Shown here: in pieces, positions 17,171-26,464 of the stretch
How positions within the stretch are numbered: position 1 is the first letter of the stretch
Layout of the letters: each line of letters starts with the position of its first letter
Origin: a virus
Taxonomy: Duplodnaviria > Heunggongvirae > Uroviricota > Caudoviricetes
DNA: 37,075 bases
Direction: 5' to 3' (one strand)
IMG/VR virus record: IMGVR_UViG_3300010163_000013
Span: 64,001-101,075 of that record
The notes under the pieces: generated by a model
Database searches by the model: none
Seen by the model: the letters and a program-made list of their open reading frames with translations, nothing else
What the model was told of the DNA's origin: nothing
Translations under genes and position numbers: made by a program

Positions 17171-17995
17171 GTGAACAATATGACATTAAACAAAGTAATA
17201 AAACTTTCCATAGAAGAACAAATAGATTATTTTAAATCAATTTCAAAAGAAACATTATATGATTTAGATTTTTGTGTTGAAAATTTTTATAAATTAAATG
17301 ATGATATACAAAATATATTGTTAGAACATTATTATAATTTATTTTTTTATAAAAAATTTTTAAATTTATTTTTAAAAAGAATTGTAAAATATTCATGTTA
17401 CAATATAATAGAAAGTGTTTTTAAAAATTTAACTTTTAATGAATTAATTTCTTTAAAAAAATATTCAATGTTTAAATTGCTTAATAAATATAAATGTTTT
17501 AATTTGTATTTATTTGCGTTATTAGATAAATGTAATGATAGTCAACGATTAATATATTGGTTTAAACGTTCGTTTTTAAATAAACCAATTTATAATATTA
17601 TAATATTACATTGTATTCTTAATTGTTTTAATAAAAAATTTATTAAATATAAAAGTAGTGCTTATTTTATATTTACTTTTGTATGTAAATATTATTGTAT
17701 TCTGACAGACAAAGAAAAAAATAATTTGAATAATGATTTATTAATGGAAATAGATAAAGTCTTTGATTTATTTAAACGAGATACGAATAATTTTTATATA
17801 TTAATGAAAATTACTATTAATGAATTACGAAGTAATGAAAATTTATATACCAAATATACAACTCAATTAATACATAATTTAAGAATGAAAAGTAACGAAT
17901 ATTTTGTTGTTCACTATGATTTTAGTTTTTTAAATCAAAATGAACAAGATATTATTAATAATATAAAGCTATTTTATCTGCTAAAAAATAATTAA
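17171..17995 (+). CDS. Hypothetical protein, 274 aa
   Basis: Long AT-rich ORF with GTG start; no motif recognised. Confidence 0.65.
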   Translation: MNNMTLNKVIKLSIEEQIDYFKSISKETLYDLDFCVENFYKLNDDIQNILLEHYYNLFFYKKFLNLFLKRIVKYSCYNIIESVFKNLTFNELISLKKYSMFKLLNKYKCFNLYLFALLDKCNDSQRLIYWFKRSFLNKPIYNIIILHCILNCFNKKFIKYKSSAYFIFTFVCKYYCILTDKEKNNLNNDLLMEIDKVFDLFKRDTNNFYILMKITINELRSNENLYTKYTTQLIHNLRMKSNEYFVVHYDFSFLNQNEQDIINNIKLFYLLKNN

Positions 17996-18069
17996 AATTA
18001 TATATTGATTTTTATATAAAAATCAGTTATAATATATTAACACTAAAAACAAGATACAAGTATTTTATA

Positions 18070-18696
18070 ATGGTGGTGAACTTAATGAGTAATTTTAAAC
18101 AAATACCTGATACTGATTATGAAGAAATTATTGACGAAATGAAAGTCAATAATATTTCAATAAAAGAATTAGAAAAATTAGTTAATAACATTTTACAATC
18201 ATTACCTATTTTAAATAAAAATGAATTAAGAGCGGAAATGCAACAAATGATTGTAAATGTTCCTGAAAACCCAACAACTTTTGATATTAATAAAGGCTTA
18301 TCATTAAGTCAAGGATATAGAGATAGATTATCAGAAATATATATAGATGTAATGAAAGAGACAAAAATAAGAAAAAGATGTTTGGAAATGTTATTAGATG
18401 CAAATAATTTAATTAGTAAAGCATCCTCTGTAGATAAACGAAGAGGAGAGGCAACATTAAAATATCCAATGCAACTATTACAATATGAAAATATTGATTC
18501 TTTTTTAAAAGAAGTAGAACAAATATTAAATAATATGAAAGCTACATTTGATACATTTTCACGAGCAGGTTCTATATTAGCTTTACAAGTACAATTAGGA
18601 GAATATAAACATAATTTAAAAAGTAATAGTTTTAACAACTTTGAAAGTGAAGCAGAAGAAATAAAAAAAGAACCAATACAAGAAATGAAATGGTAA
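18070..18696 (+). CDS. Helical hypothetical protein (possible recombination mediator)
   Basis: Promoter TTGATT-17-TATAAT at 18005-18033; start may be ATG 18085; sits directly before the gp32-like SSB. The function is a guess from position. Confidence 0.6.
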   Translation: MVVNLMSNFKQIPDTDYEEIIDEMKVNNISIKELEKLVNNILQSLPILNKNELRAEMQQMIVNVPENPTTFDINKGLSLSQGYRDRLSEIYIDVMKETKIRKRCLEMLLDANNLISKASSVDKRRGEATLKYPMQLLQYENIDSFLKEVEQILNNMKATFDTFSRAGSILALQVQLGEYKHNLKSNSFNNFESEAEEIKKEPIQEMKW

Positions 18697-18850
18697 GTTA
18701 ATTAAATAATAAATAATTTAAAAAATTTTTATAAAAAAATTTTAAAAATAGTTAATAAAGTTTTTACTTTATTATATATAATATATGTAATTGTAATTAC
18801 ATCAATTGTCTATTGAATAGACCAAAATTTATCATTGGAGGTAATCAAAA

Positions 18851-19480
18851 ATGGATTCAAAATTTAATATGAACTGGAATGATATTCCGTCAAACAGTAA
18901 TCAACAAATGGACTTTTTAAGATTGGAGCAAGGTACAAATCAAATGAGAATTGTTAGCTCCCCGTCTCAAATGGATATTCATTGGGAAAACGATATTAAC
19001 GGTGGAAAAAGAAAAATTATTTGTTTAGGTGTTAAATGTCCTATATGTAAAAAGGGAGAGGGACATACACCACAAACAAGATATCAAATTCAAGTTATTG
19101 ACCGTAAAGATGGTAAAATTAAAGTATTAGAGTGTGGAAAGCAAATAATTAAATCAATAAAAGATTATGCTGTTGATTCTGATTATGGAGATCCTACTCA
19201 ATATGATATAAAAATTAAAAAAGAAGGTTCAGGACGTGATACAAAATATAGTGTTATGCCTGTTCCATCAAAATATCCTTTAACACCAGAAGAAGAAGAA
19301 CTAGTAAAAAACGCACCTACAATAGTAGAATTAAATAAAATTAAAACAGAAGAAGAAATTTTAGCTATGCCATTAACTATATTTGCTGATTCTATTGCTG
19401 ATTTAGCACAAGATGATGATGATGATTTTGACTTAGGTGATGATACTAGCTGGGATGATTTAGACGATATTAACTCTTAA
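18851..19480 (+). CDS. Phage-type (gp32-like) single-stranded DNA-binding protein
   Basis: FLRLEQGTNQMRIV...HW...C..VKCPIC...RYQIQVIDRKDGKIKVLECG...YGDPTQYDIKIKKEGSGRDTKYSV; strongly acidic tail DDDDDFDLGDDTSWDDLDD; GGAGG RBS. Confidence 0.72.
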   Translation: MDSKFNMNWNDIPSNSNQQMDFLRLEQGTNQMRIVSSPSQMDIHWENDINGGKRKIICLGVKCPICKKGEGHTPQTRYQIQVIDRKDGKIKVLECGKQIIKSIKDYAVDSDYGDPTQYDIKIKKEGSGRDTKYSVMPVPSKYPLTPEEEELVKNAPTIVELNKIKTEEEILAMPLTIFADSIADLAQDDDDDFDLGDDTSWDDLDDINS

Positions 19481-19501
19481 TATAAGAAAGGGAAAAACAA
19501 T

Positions 19502-20116
19502 ATGGAAAACACAAATAAAATTGAAATTATTGGAACTGTCAATAGTAAACCTACATTTGATCATGAATCATTTGGAGAAAAGTTTTTTTCTTGTATTGTT
19601 AATACTAAACGTTTAAGTGGTACATATGACTGTTTACCTGTGTTAATTCCTGAACGTTTAATTGATGTTAATACAATAGAAGTTAATCAAAAAGTAAAAA
19701 TCATTGGGCAATTACGTTCGTTTAATCTTAATGAAAATAAGATTAAACTTATACTTACGGTATTTGTTAAAGACATTGAATTCGTAGACGATTCACTTCA
19801 TGACAAAAATGTCATTGAATTAAACGGTTATATCTGTAAAGAACCTGTTTATCGTACAACTTTAAGAGGCAGACAAATTACTGATGTTTTACTTGCCGTA
19901 AATAGAAATTACAAAAAATCAGATTATATACCATCTATTTGTTGGGGTAGAAATGCTATTTTTGCCAAAGATTTAACCGTAGGTAGCAATATTATTGTTT
20001 CAGGCAGATTTCAAAGCAGAGAATATAACAAAAAAATATCTGAAAATGAAATTGTTGTAAAAACAGCATATGAAGTAAGTGTTTCAAAAATAACTGAAGT
20101 AACTAATAATCAGTAA
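19502..20116 (+). CDS. ssb: Clostridial-type tandem-OB single-stranded DNA-binding protein (SSB/PriB-like)
   Basis: Two SSB OB repeats: NKIEIIG...RLSGTYDCLPVLIPERL...GQLRSFN and NVIELNGYICKEPVYRTT..GRQITDVLLAVNR....DYIPSICWGRNA...SGRFQSREY; no acidic tail. Confidence 0.85.
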   Translation: MENTNKIEIIGTVNSKPTFDHESFGEKFFSCIVNTKRLSGTYDCLPVLIPERLIDVNTIEVNQKVKIIGQLRSFNLNENKIKLILTVFVKDIEFVDDSLHDKNVIELNGYICKEPVYRTTLRGRQITDVLLAVNRNYKKSDYIPSICWGRNAIFAKDLTVGSNIIVSGRFQSREYNKKISENEIVVKTAYEVSVSKITEVTNNQ

Positions 20117-20139
20117 AAACAATTAATACAAAAAAACAT

Positions 20140-20175
20140 AAAAAAAGGAGAGGTAATTTACTTCTCTTTTTTTTT
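20140..20175 (+). terminator. Intrinsic terminator after ssb
   Basis: GGAGAGGTAA/TTACTTCTCT stem followed by a long T-run. Confidence 0.65.
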
Positions 20176-20252
20176 AGAAAAACTCATTAACCTATTAACA
20201 TATAATAAATTAATAAATAATTATTTTATATTTAAATTTTTTTAAAAAATAA

Positions 20253-20281
20253 TTGACAAAGTGTTAAATATTTGATATAAT
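20253..20281 (+). promoter_or_regulatory. Consensus sigmaA promoter (cassette family)
   Basis: TTGACA, 17 nt, TGaTATAAT with extended -10 and AT-rich UP element. Confidence 0.8.
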
Positions 20282-20321
20282 ACAATTTAAGATAAACCAA
20301 ATACAAAAGGAGCGATTTATT

Positions 20322-20564
20322 ATGAGTAGAAAAAAATTTAAATATGAAGAAGTAACTGAAATGCAATGTGAGGACGGTACACCTTGCTGTTGGTGTACTA
20401 AATCCACAACAGAACCTTTTATATGGATAACTTTAAATTATAATGGTAAATATGATGTTGAAATAAAAGACATAGAAGATGAATTTGGCATAAAATTAGT
20501 TGCAACCTGTAAAACACTTAATGGTGCAAAAAGATATGTTCGTAATAACTATATTCCTGCATAA
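20322..20564 (+). CDS. Small hypothetical protein, 80 aa
   Basis: Own consensus promoter and AAAAGGAG RBS. Confidence 0.78.
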   Translation: MSRKKFKYEEVTEMQCEDGTPCCWCTKSTTEPFIWITLNYNGKYDVEIKDIEDEFGIKLVATCKTLNGAKRYVRNNYIPA

Positions 20565-20628
20565 ATACATTATATTTATAAAAAAGAATAATATAACTTA
20601 TTATATTATTCTTTTTTAATTTTAACAT

Positions 20629-21198
20629 CTATTTTAATGAATTTATATAATTATATATTTCTATCCAATTTTTAGCTATATAAATATTATCATAAAATTT
20701 ATCACTGCAAAATTTTTTATTATATGGACGAGAAAAAACAATTGTATTAATATTATTTTTTATTAAATAATAAATATTATAAGGACTATCATCTATCATA
20801 TAATCTATATTTTTATAATAGCATATATCTACTTTATTACCACATTTAAAAAATATATCTTTATAATTAAAATTATATTTATTTAGCCATTGTACTGTTT
20901 CATTTGCTCCAGCATAAGAACGAGCAGTAAGTATATATACATTATGTTTGTTATATAGTTTATTAACAAAATAAGAAGATAAAAATTCGGGAATATCTAT
21001 TTTTGTTGGAATGTTTTTATATAGTTCTGTTAAATTTTTTAATCCTATTTTATCTAATAATAATTGAATATTATCATATTGAAATAAATCTATTTTTATG
21101 TTATAATTATTTATAATATAATTGTATAAGTTTTTATGATGATTGTTTAAACATCCATCTATATCAATACCGATGTTTAATATTTTTTTTAAATTCAT
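20629..21198 (-). CDS. HAD-family 5'(3')-nucleotidase (NT5C-like)
   Basis: IGIDIDGCL (DxD), ILTARS, GNKVDIC, IDYMIDDSPYN. AAAAGGAG RBS favours ATG 21198 over the track's start at 21348. Confidence 0.8.
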   Translation of the reverse strand: MNLKKILNIGIDIDGCLNNHHKNLYNYIINNYNIKIDLFQYDNIQLLLDKIGLKNLTELYKNIPTKIDIPEFLSSYFVNKLYNKHNVYILTARSYAGANETVQWLNKYNFNYKDIFFKCGNKVDICYYKNIDYMIDDSPYNIYYLIKNNINTIVFSRPYNKKFCSDKFYDNIYIAKNWIEIYNYINSLK

Positions 21199-21268
21199 TA
21201 TTAAAAAATGCTCCTTTTTATTATATATAATAAAAAGAAATAATAAATTTATAAGAAGGTGAGACAAT

Positions 21269-21550
21269 ATGGAGCAAGAAATTTCTTTAGAGAAAAAAAT
21301 TCTTTTAATAATAGATAAAGTTAAAAAAATGTATAAATATAATAACAATTTGGTTGATTTACTTAAATATCAGCCTGAAATAAAGATAGAATTAGAAAAT
21401 AATAAATTAAAATTAGTTGAAATTAGTTTTTCATATTATAACACTTTAATTATTCAAGAGACCCATATTGATTATTATGAAGAAAATTCTAATAAATATA
21501 TGACATTATATGAATATAAAGACTTTAACGAATTAATTAATTTAAAATGA
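21269..21550 (+). CDS. Hypothetical protein, 93 aa
   Basis: AAGGTGAG RBS. Confidence 0.65.
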   Translation: MEQEISLEKKILLIIDKVKKMYKYNNNLVDLLKYQPEIKIELENNKLKLVEISFSYYNTLIIQETHIDYYEENSNKYMTLYEYKDFNELINLK

Positions 21551-21565
21551 AAGGAAGAACCAAAT

Positions 21566-22447
21566 ATGAATTGTAATAAATGTAAAAATTGTACTTGTAA
21601 TAAAAATATTAGTAAATTAAACATAATGTTATTAAATCATACCCCTGAACCAGAAAAACTAATTGCCTCTGCTGCAAAATTATGTTACAGTAATTCTAAC
21701 ATACAAGAATTATATAACAATCAAACCCCTGATAAAGTAGAAAAATTTATTAATAAGTTATTGACATTACATCATGAATCTCCTTTAGAACACATATCAT
21801 TTACTTTTGGAATAGAAGGTGTTAGTAGAAGTTTAACGCATCAATTAGTTAGGCATAGAATTGCCAGTTATTCACAAAAGTCTCAAAGATATATTAATGA
21901 AAAACAATTTAATTATATTATACCACAACAAATACAAGACAATTACTTTACTAAACATATATACAATGATTTAATGGAACATATACAAGAACAATATAAC
22001 AATATGTTTAATATATTAATGTTTGAAAAAATAAAAAATACAGAAAATATTAAACAATGGTCTAAATATAATGAGTTATTTAATGATAAAAAAATAAATG
22101 TATTATCAGTAATAGATAACTTTAAAAAAGATAATATAAAATTATATTCGCATTATGAAAAATCTATTATTGAAGATGTAAGATATATTTTACCCAATGC
22201 AACTGAAACAAAAATAATCGTAACAATGAATTTTAGAACATTAATTAATTTTTGTAAAGAACGCACTTGTAATAGAGCGCAATGGGAAATACGTCAAATG
22301 GCTTTAGAAATGATTAAATTAATTAAACCTATTTGTCCTACCTTGTACAAATTATTGTGCCCTATGTGCGTTTCTGACGTGTGTAAAGAGGGTTATATGA
22401 GCTGTGGTAAAGGTAATGAAATGAAAGAATTATTTAATAACCTATAA
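21566..22447 (+). CDS. thyX: Flavin-dependent thymidylate synthase
   Basis: HESPLEH, VSRSLTHQLVRHRIASYSQKSQRY, EDVRYILPNATET, MNFRTL, RAQWEIR. Confidence 0.95.
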   Translation: MNCNKCKNCTCNKNISKLNIMLLNHTPEPEKLIASAAKLCYSNSNIQELYNNQTPDKVEKFINKLLTLHHESPLEHISFTFGIEGVSRSLTHQLVRHRIASYSQKSQRYINEKQFNYIIPQQIQDNYFTKHIYNDLMEHIQEQYNNMFNILMFEKIKNTENIKQWSKYNELFNDKKINVLSVIDNFKKDNIKLYSHYEKSIIEDVRYILPNATETKIIVTMNFRTLINFCKERTCNRAQWEIRQMALEMIKLIKPICPTLYKLLCPMCVSDVCKEGYMSCGKGNEMKELFNNL

Positions 22448-22604
22448 AACATTAAAAAGATAGAAAATTAATTTTCTATCTTTTTAATTATAATAAATTA
22501 TAAGCAAATAATATTAAAAAATCTTAATTTTTATTAAATTAATAATAAATATATGTTTTTATATATACTATTATATAATATTATAATTTTAGGAGGTAAT
22601 ATTA

Positions 22605-22802
22605 ATGAGTTGGAAAGAACCGATTGGACGTATAGTTCACAATACAAATATAGGAAGAACAGTTGGTGCTGATATTCAAAAATTTAATGATGAAATATTA
22701 GTAGCAAAAGATGTTGATATTTCTCAACCACAATGTTATTTAATAAAGTCAGGAAGTTATAAAGGAAAAATAGTATGTATAAATCGTTTTCATACTATAT
22801 AA
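22605..22802 (+). CDS. Small hypothetical protein, 65 aa
   Basis: AGGAGG RBS. Confidence 0.7.
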   Translation: MSWKEPIGRIVHNTNIGRTVGADIQKFNDEILVAKDVDISQPQCYLIKSGSYKGKIVCINRFHTI

Positions 22803-22858
22803 TTGTATGAATTATAAAAATTTTTTATTTAGACAAAAGATAATTTTTGTATTAAATA

Positions 22859-22887
22859 TTGACATTAATAATATATTATATTATAAT
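22859..22887 (+). promoter_or_regulatory. Consensus sigmaA promoter
   Basis: TTGACA, 17 nt, TATAAT. Confidence 0.7.
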
Positions 22888-22960
22888 ATAATTGTGATTT
22901 TTTCAATACAATTATAAAAAGAAATTAAAACAATATTTTTAACGAAAGGAGATTAAAATA

Positions 22961-23734
22961 ATGAATATTGAACAAATCAAAAAACAATTAAAATCAGATG
23001 AATATGACTTTTTAAGGAAAGATAAGAATTTAGGTAATAATATCATTATCTTAACTCTTGGTGGAAGTTATGCCTATGGTACAAACAATGAAAATAGTGA
23101 TATAGATATTCGTGGATGTACCTTAAATAGTAAAATGCAAATTCTTACTAATGAAAACTTTGAACAATTCATAGATAAAAAAACGGATACAACAATTTAT
23201 GCGTTTAATAAATTAATATCATTATTAATCAATGCAAATCCCAATATAATTGAAATGCTTGGCAACAAACCAGAGTATTATTTTTATATACATCCAGTTG
23301 GGAAAGAATTGCTTGATAATAAACATCTGTTCTTATCAAAAAAGGTTGTTTATTCATTTGGTGGATATGCAAATCAACAACTCCGTAGATTAGAAAATAA
23401 ATTAAATAGAAATGAAAATGTAGTTAAATATGATAAACTTGGAAAACATATGATGCATTTAATTAGATTATATATAATGTGTCTTGATATTCTTGAAAAA
23501 GAAAAAATTATAACATATAGAGAAAAAGAACATAATTTACTTATGGAAATTCGTAATGGTAAGTATCTTAAAAATAAACAATCTATACTTGAATTTTATG
23601 AAATGATAAATAATTATGAAAAGCAATTAGAATATGCAAAACAAAATACAAGCCTACCAGATAGACCAAATTATATAGCTATTAATAATTTTTTAGCAAG
23701 CGTAAATGAAAGAATAGTAAAAAATGAAATTTAA
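22961..23734 (+). CDS. Pol-beta superfamily nucleotidyltransferase (RlaP/Nuc-transf-like)
   Basis: LGGSYAYGTNNENSDIDIRG (GS...DxD); NPNIIEMLG; helical C-terminus KHMMHLIRLY...LMEIRNG. Confidence 0.85.
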   Translation: MNIEQIKKQLKSDEYDFLRKDKNLGNNIIILTLGGSYAYGTNNENSDIDIRGCTLNSKMQILTNENFEQFIDKKTDTTIYAFNKLISLLINANPNIIEMLGNKPEYYFYIHPVGKELLDNKHLFLSKKVVYSFGGYANQQLRRLENKLNRNENVVKYDKLGKHMMHLIRLYIMCLDILEKEKIITYREKEHNLLMEIRNGKYLKNKQSILEFYEMINNYEKQLEYAKQNTSLPDRPNYIAINNFLASVNERIVKNEI

Positions 23735-23745
23735 TATAAATATAA

Positions 23746-23897
23746 GAGGTTTACATCAATAATAAAAAATTACTTATCAAATAAAGAAAATATAACTTAT
23801 TATAATAATATTATATTTAATCTCCCACCCATTATATAATATGTTTATATATCTATAAAATTGTTGATAAGATTATTGAAAAACATATTGGTATAAA
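23746..23897 (+). pseudogene. Internally deleted remnant of the gene at 25299-25598
   Basis: 23774-23800 matches 25320-25346 at 26 of 27 nt; 23872-23887 is identical to 25569-25584 (16 nt); about 150 nt between these blocks are missing. Confidence 0.6.
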
Positions 23898-23942
23898 AAG
23901 AGAAGATAGGTATTAATACTTATCTTCTCTTTAATTATATTT

Positions 23943-24422
23943 TTAACTAATTGTAACTTGTTCAATGGTAACATTATTAAAAATAACATCTTTTTGGTCT
24001 ATATCAAATACATAACCTTCTAATGTAATCATTGGTTCTGCATTATTAAATTCATTGACTATATATTGATATAAGTCTTTTTCATCATTTTTAACAACAT
24101 CATAAATATTATTAACTCGTAAGTCATAAAACAATTTTAATCCTTTATATGGATTGTTTTTTCCTTGTATATCTACATTACAATATAAATATCCTTTTTT
24201 ATCAAAGCTATTTATATCTACATTAACATCACAACTAATATTTTGTTGATAAACCTGTTCGCTTGTTTTTTCTACTACCGCACTAATAGAGATGTTTGCT
24301 GTAAAGTTCAATGTTTGATTGTCTGTTAATAATTTTTTAATCTTTTTATGTAAAAAACCATCAAAAAGTGATTGTTTAATTAATCTTTTTTCAATTACTT
24401 GTTTTTTAATTAATCTTTTCAT
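23943..24422 (-). CDS. Hypothetical protein, 159 aa
   Basis: GAGGTAGAG RBS; duplicated N-terminal KRLIK motif. Confidence 0.72.
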   Translation of the reverse strand: MKRLIKKQVIEKRLIKQSLFDGFLHKKIKKLLTDNQTLNFTANISISAVVEKTSEQVYQQNISCDVNVDINSFDKKGYLYCNVDIQGKNNPYKGLKLFYDLRVNNIYDVVKNDEKDLYQYIVNEFNNAEPMITLEGYVFDIDQKDVIFNNVTIEQVTIS

Positions 24423-24527
24423 GTACTCTCTACCTCGCTCTTATTAGTTATATTTTATATTTATATAATATATAAATGGCTTATTTTTATTATATAAAAT
24501 TAACATATAACTAATAATATTTAAATT

Positions 24528-24625
24528 TTTTAAAATTTTTTAAAAAAAATAGTTGACAAAGTTTTAGATATTTGATATAATATAATCAAGTTAAAGAGAT
24601 ATATATTTCAAATACAAAGGAGATA
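24528..24625 (+). repeat. 98-bp exact direct repeat, copy 1 (UP element, sigmaA promoter, leader and RBS)
   Basis: Identical to 25718-25815; TTGACA 24553-24558, TATAAT 24576-24581, AAAGGAG. Confidence 0.9.
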
Positions 24626-24632
24626 GATTATT

Positions 24633-25103
24633 ATGAAAAATTTTTACTTTAGAGATTTTACAATAAATAATGAGAAATTTACATTTGTACCAAGCCATAA
24701 AACTCCATTAAAATTACATCAAAATGACGTTGATTTATGTAATACTAATTTGACTATTCCATATGAAGAAATGGAAACAGCAATTAATGAGTTACAAACA
24801 TTTGGAAGATACAAAGATTTTGTCATAGCTGAATATATTGAAGAAAGAAATAAACAATTAGAAGAATATAATAAGAGATGTAACAAAATTTTTGAAGATG
24901 CTCGTAAAGAACGAAAAAGAAAAGAGCGAATAATAAAAGAAATTATAAATGAAGTAAAAGAATACTGTAATAAAAGACAAGTAACACTTGTTTATAATAA
25001 ATTAGAAGAAAATATAAAACAAGGCTACTTTATGATATGGGAATATATAGGTGAACAAAAATTAATATATCTTAAAGAAATTGGAATAAAAGAATATAAT
25101 TAA
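24633..25103 (+). CDS. Hypothetical protein, 156 aa
   Basis: Directly behind the repeated promoter/RBS unit. Confidence 0.8.
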   Translation: MKNFYFRDFTINNEKFTFVPSHKTPLKLHQNDVDLCNTNLTIPYEEMETAINELQTFGRYKDFVIAEYIEERNKQLEEYNKRCNKIFEDARKERKRKERIIKEIINEVKEYCNKRQVTLVYNKLEENIKQGYFMIWEYIGEQKLIYLKEIGIKEYN

Positions 25104-25122
25104 TAATAAAGTTTAAATAATA

Positions 25123-25150
25123 AAGACAAGATTTAAAATCTTGTCTTTAT
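25123..25150 (+). terminator. Palindromic terminator, copy 1 (28 nt identical to 25670-25697)
   Basis: AAGACAAGATTTAAAATCTTGTCTTTAT. Confidence 0.75.
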
Positions 25151-25185
25151 TATTTAAAAATTAATTTTAAATTTTAAAAAAATAA

Positions 25186-25214
25186 TTGACAGTATTAATA
25201 TGTTATATTATAAT
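25186..25214 (+). promoter_or_regulatory. Consensus sigmaA promoter
   Basis: TTGACA, 17 nt, TATAAT. Confidence 0.75.
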
Positions 25215-25298
25215 ATAATCATACGTTTTAAAAAATAATTGTAATTAAACACAACATTCTTAATATTTATTAGATAAACCAAACAAGGAGGAATTTTT

Positions 25299-25598
25299 AT
25301 GTCAGCAATAAAGGATTATTTATCAAATAAAAAAAATATAACTTATCATTATAATGATATTGTATTTAGAGATCCTATTGTCTGTAAAGATGGTTTTTCA
25401 ATGAGTGTACAAGCAAGCAAATTTCATATGTGTGTTCCAAAGCAAAAATTATATAATGGTGAATATAAATTTGTAGAAGTCGGTTATCCCAATAGCAACG
25501 AATTGTTACTAAAAGAACATCAAGTTGACAAGGATATATACTTTGTACCTATTGAAATTATTGACAAAATTATTGAAAAACATAATGGATTAATATAA
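25299..25598 (+). CDS. Hypothetical protein of a recurrent phage family, 99 aa
   Basis: AAGGAGG RBS; CKDGFSMSVQAS..H.C.P...VEVGYP...VP...I.KH.G pattern recognised from phage hypothetical proteins. Confidence 0.8.
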   Translation: MSAIKDYLSNKKNITYHYNDIVFRDPIVCKDGFSMSVQASKFHMCVPKQKLYNGEYKFVEVGYPNSNELLLKEHQVDKDIYFVPIEIIDKIIEKHNGLI

Positions 25599-25669
25599 AA
25601 ATTAGGGAAGTAAATCTCCCATCTTTTATTATCTAATGTTTATTGATTTAATAGTAAAGTTGTATTTTT

Positions 25670-25697
25670 AAGACAAGATTTAAAATCTTGTCTTTAT
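25670..25697 (+). terminator. Palindromic terminator, copy 2
   Basis: Identical to 25123-25150. Confidence 0.75.
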
Positions 25698-25717
25698 TTT
25701 TATTATTTAAAAAATTA

Positions 25718-25815
25718 TTTTAAAATTTTTTAAAAAAAATAGTTGACAAAGTTTTAGATATTTGATATAATATAATCAAGTTAAAGAGATATATATTTCA
25801 AATACAAAGGAGATA
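25718..25815 (+). repeat. 98-bp exact direct repeat, copy 2
   Basis: Identical to 24528-24625 (offset 1190 bp). Confidence 0.9.
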
Positions 25816-25821
25816 ATTAAA

Positions 25822-26394
25822 ATGATAAAAGAAAATTTAAATACAATCAAAGAAAGAATAAAAGAAATAAAAGATAACAGAAAATTAGTAAAAGCCATTT
25901 TCAAAGAAGAATTTAATAAATTGGAAAAAGAAAAAAAACATATGATAAATGAATACAAAAAAGAATATAAAAATAATGAATTTTATTTAGACCATATGAT
26001 AAGAACAGCGGAAAATATATATCAAAAAAAAGTATCACAAATGTGTAATAATACTATAAACAATTATAGTTGTGAAGCAGGCATATATTTAATATATAAA
26101 GACGGAACAGACGCTTATGTTCTTGAAGACGATTTGCTTACAGGTTATGATGAATTCCCTAAAATAACAAACATTGCTTATGCAGAATATTCAGACGGTT
26201 ATGAACACTATGATACAGAAACAGGAGAACTTGATTGGTATTCTGATGAACGTATGGAACAATGTGATTATGAATATGAAATTGAAGATGAAAATAAATT
26301 TCAATATGAAATGTCCATTCAATGTAAATTCCATACTGAATATAGTGAAAAATATATGATAGATAATCCAAACTTTGTTCCTATAGTTAAATAA
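25822..26394 (+). CDS. Hypothetical protein, 190 aa, acidic C-terminal half
   Basis: Directly behind the repeated promoter/RBS unit. Confidence 0.8.
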   Translation: MIKENLNTIKERIKEIKDNRKLVKAIFKEEFNKLEKEKKHMINEYKKEYKNNEFYLDHMIRTAENIYQKKVSQMCNNTINNYSCEAGIYLIYKDGTDAYVLEDDLLTGYDEFPKITNIAYAEYSDGYEHYDTETGELDWYSDERMEQCDYEYEIEDENKFQYEMSIQCKFHTEYSEKYMIDNPNFVPIVK

Positions 26395-26410
26395 AATTAT
26401 TTAATAAAAA

Positions 26411-26439
26411 TTAAACCACTAGCTAAGCTAGTGGTTTAA
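26411..26439. terminator. Bidirectional terminator
   Basis: TTAAACCACTAGC-TAA-GCTAGTGGTTTAA between convergent genes. Confidence 0.75.
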
Positions 26440-26464
26440 TTTTAACATTAATTAATAAATTTAA

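Noticed and set aside
17171-17995. SbcC/Rad50 partner of SbcD, or a paralogue of orf561
   Set aside because: No Walker A motif or long coiled coil; the resemblance to orf561 appears to be compositional only.
24528-25815. CRISPR array or integron att sites
   Set aside because: Only two copies of each repeat, separated by whole genes; they parse as promoter/RBS and terminator, and no cas or integrase gene is present.
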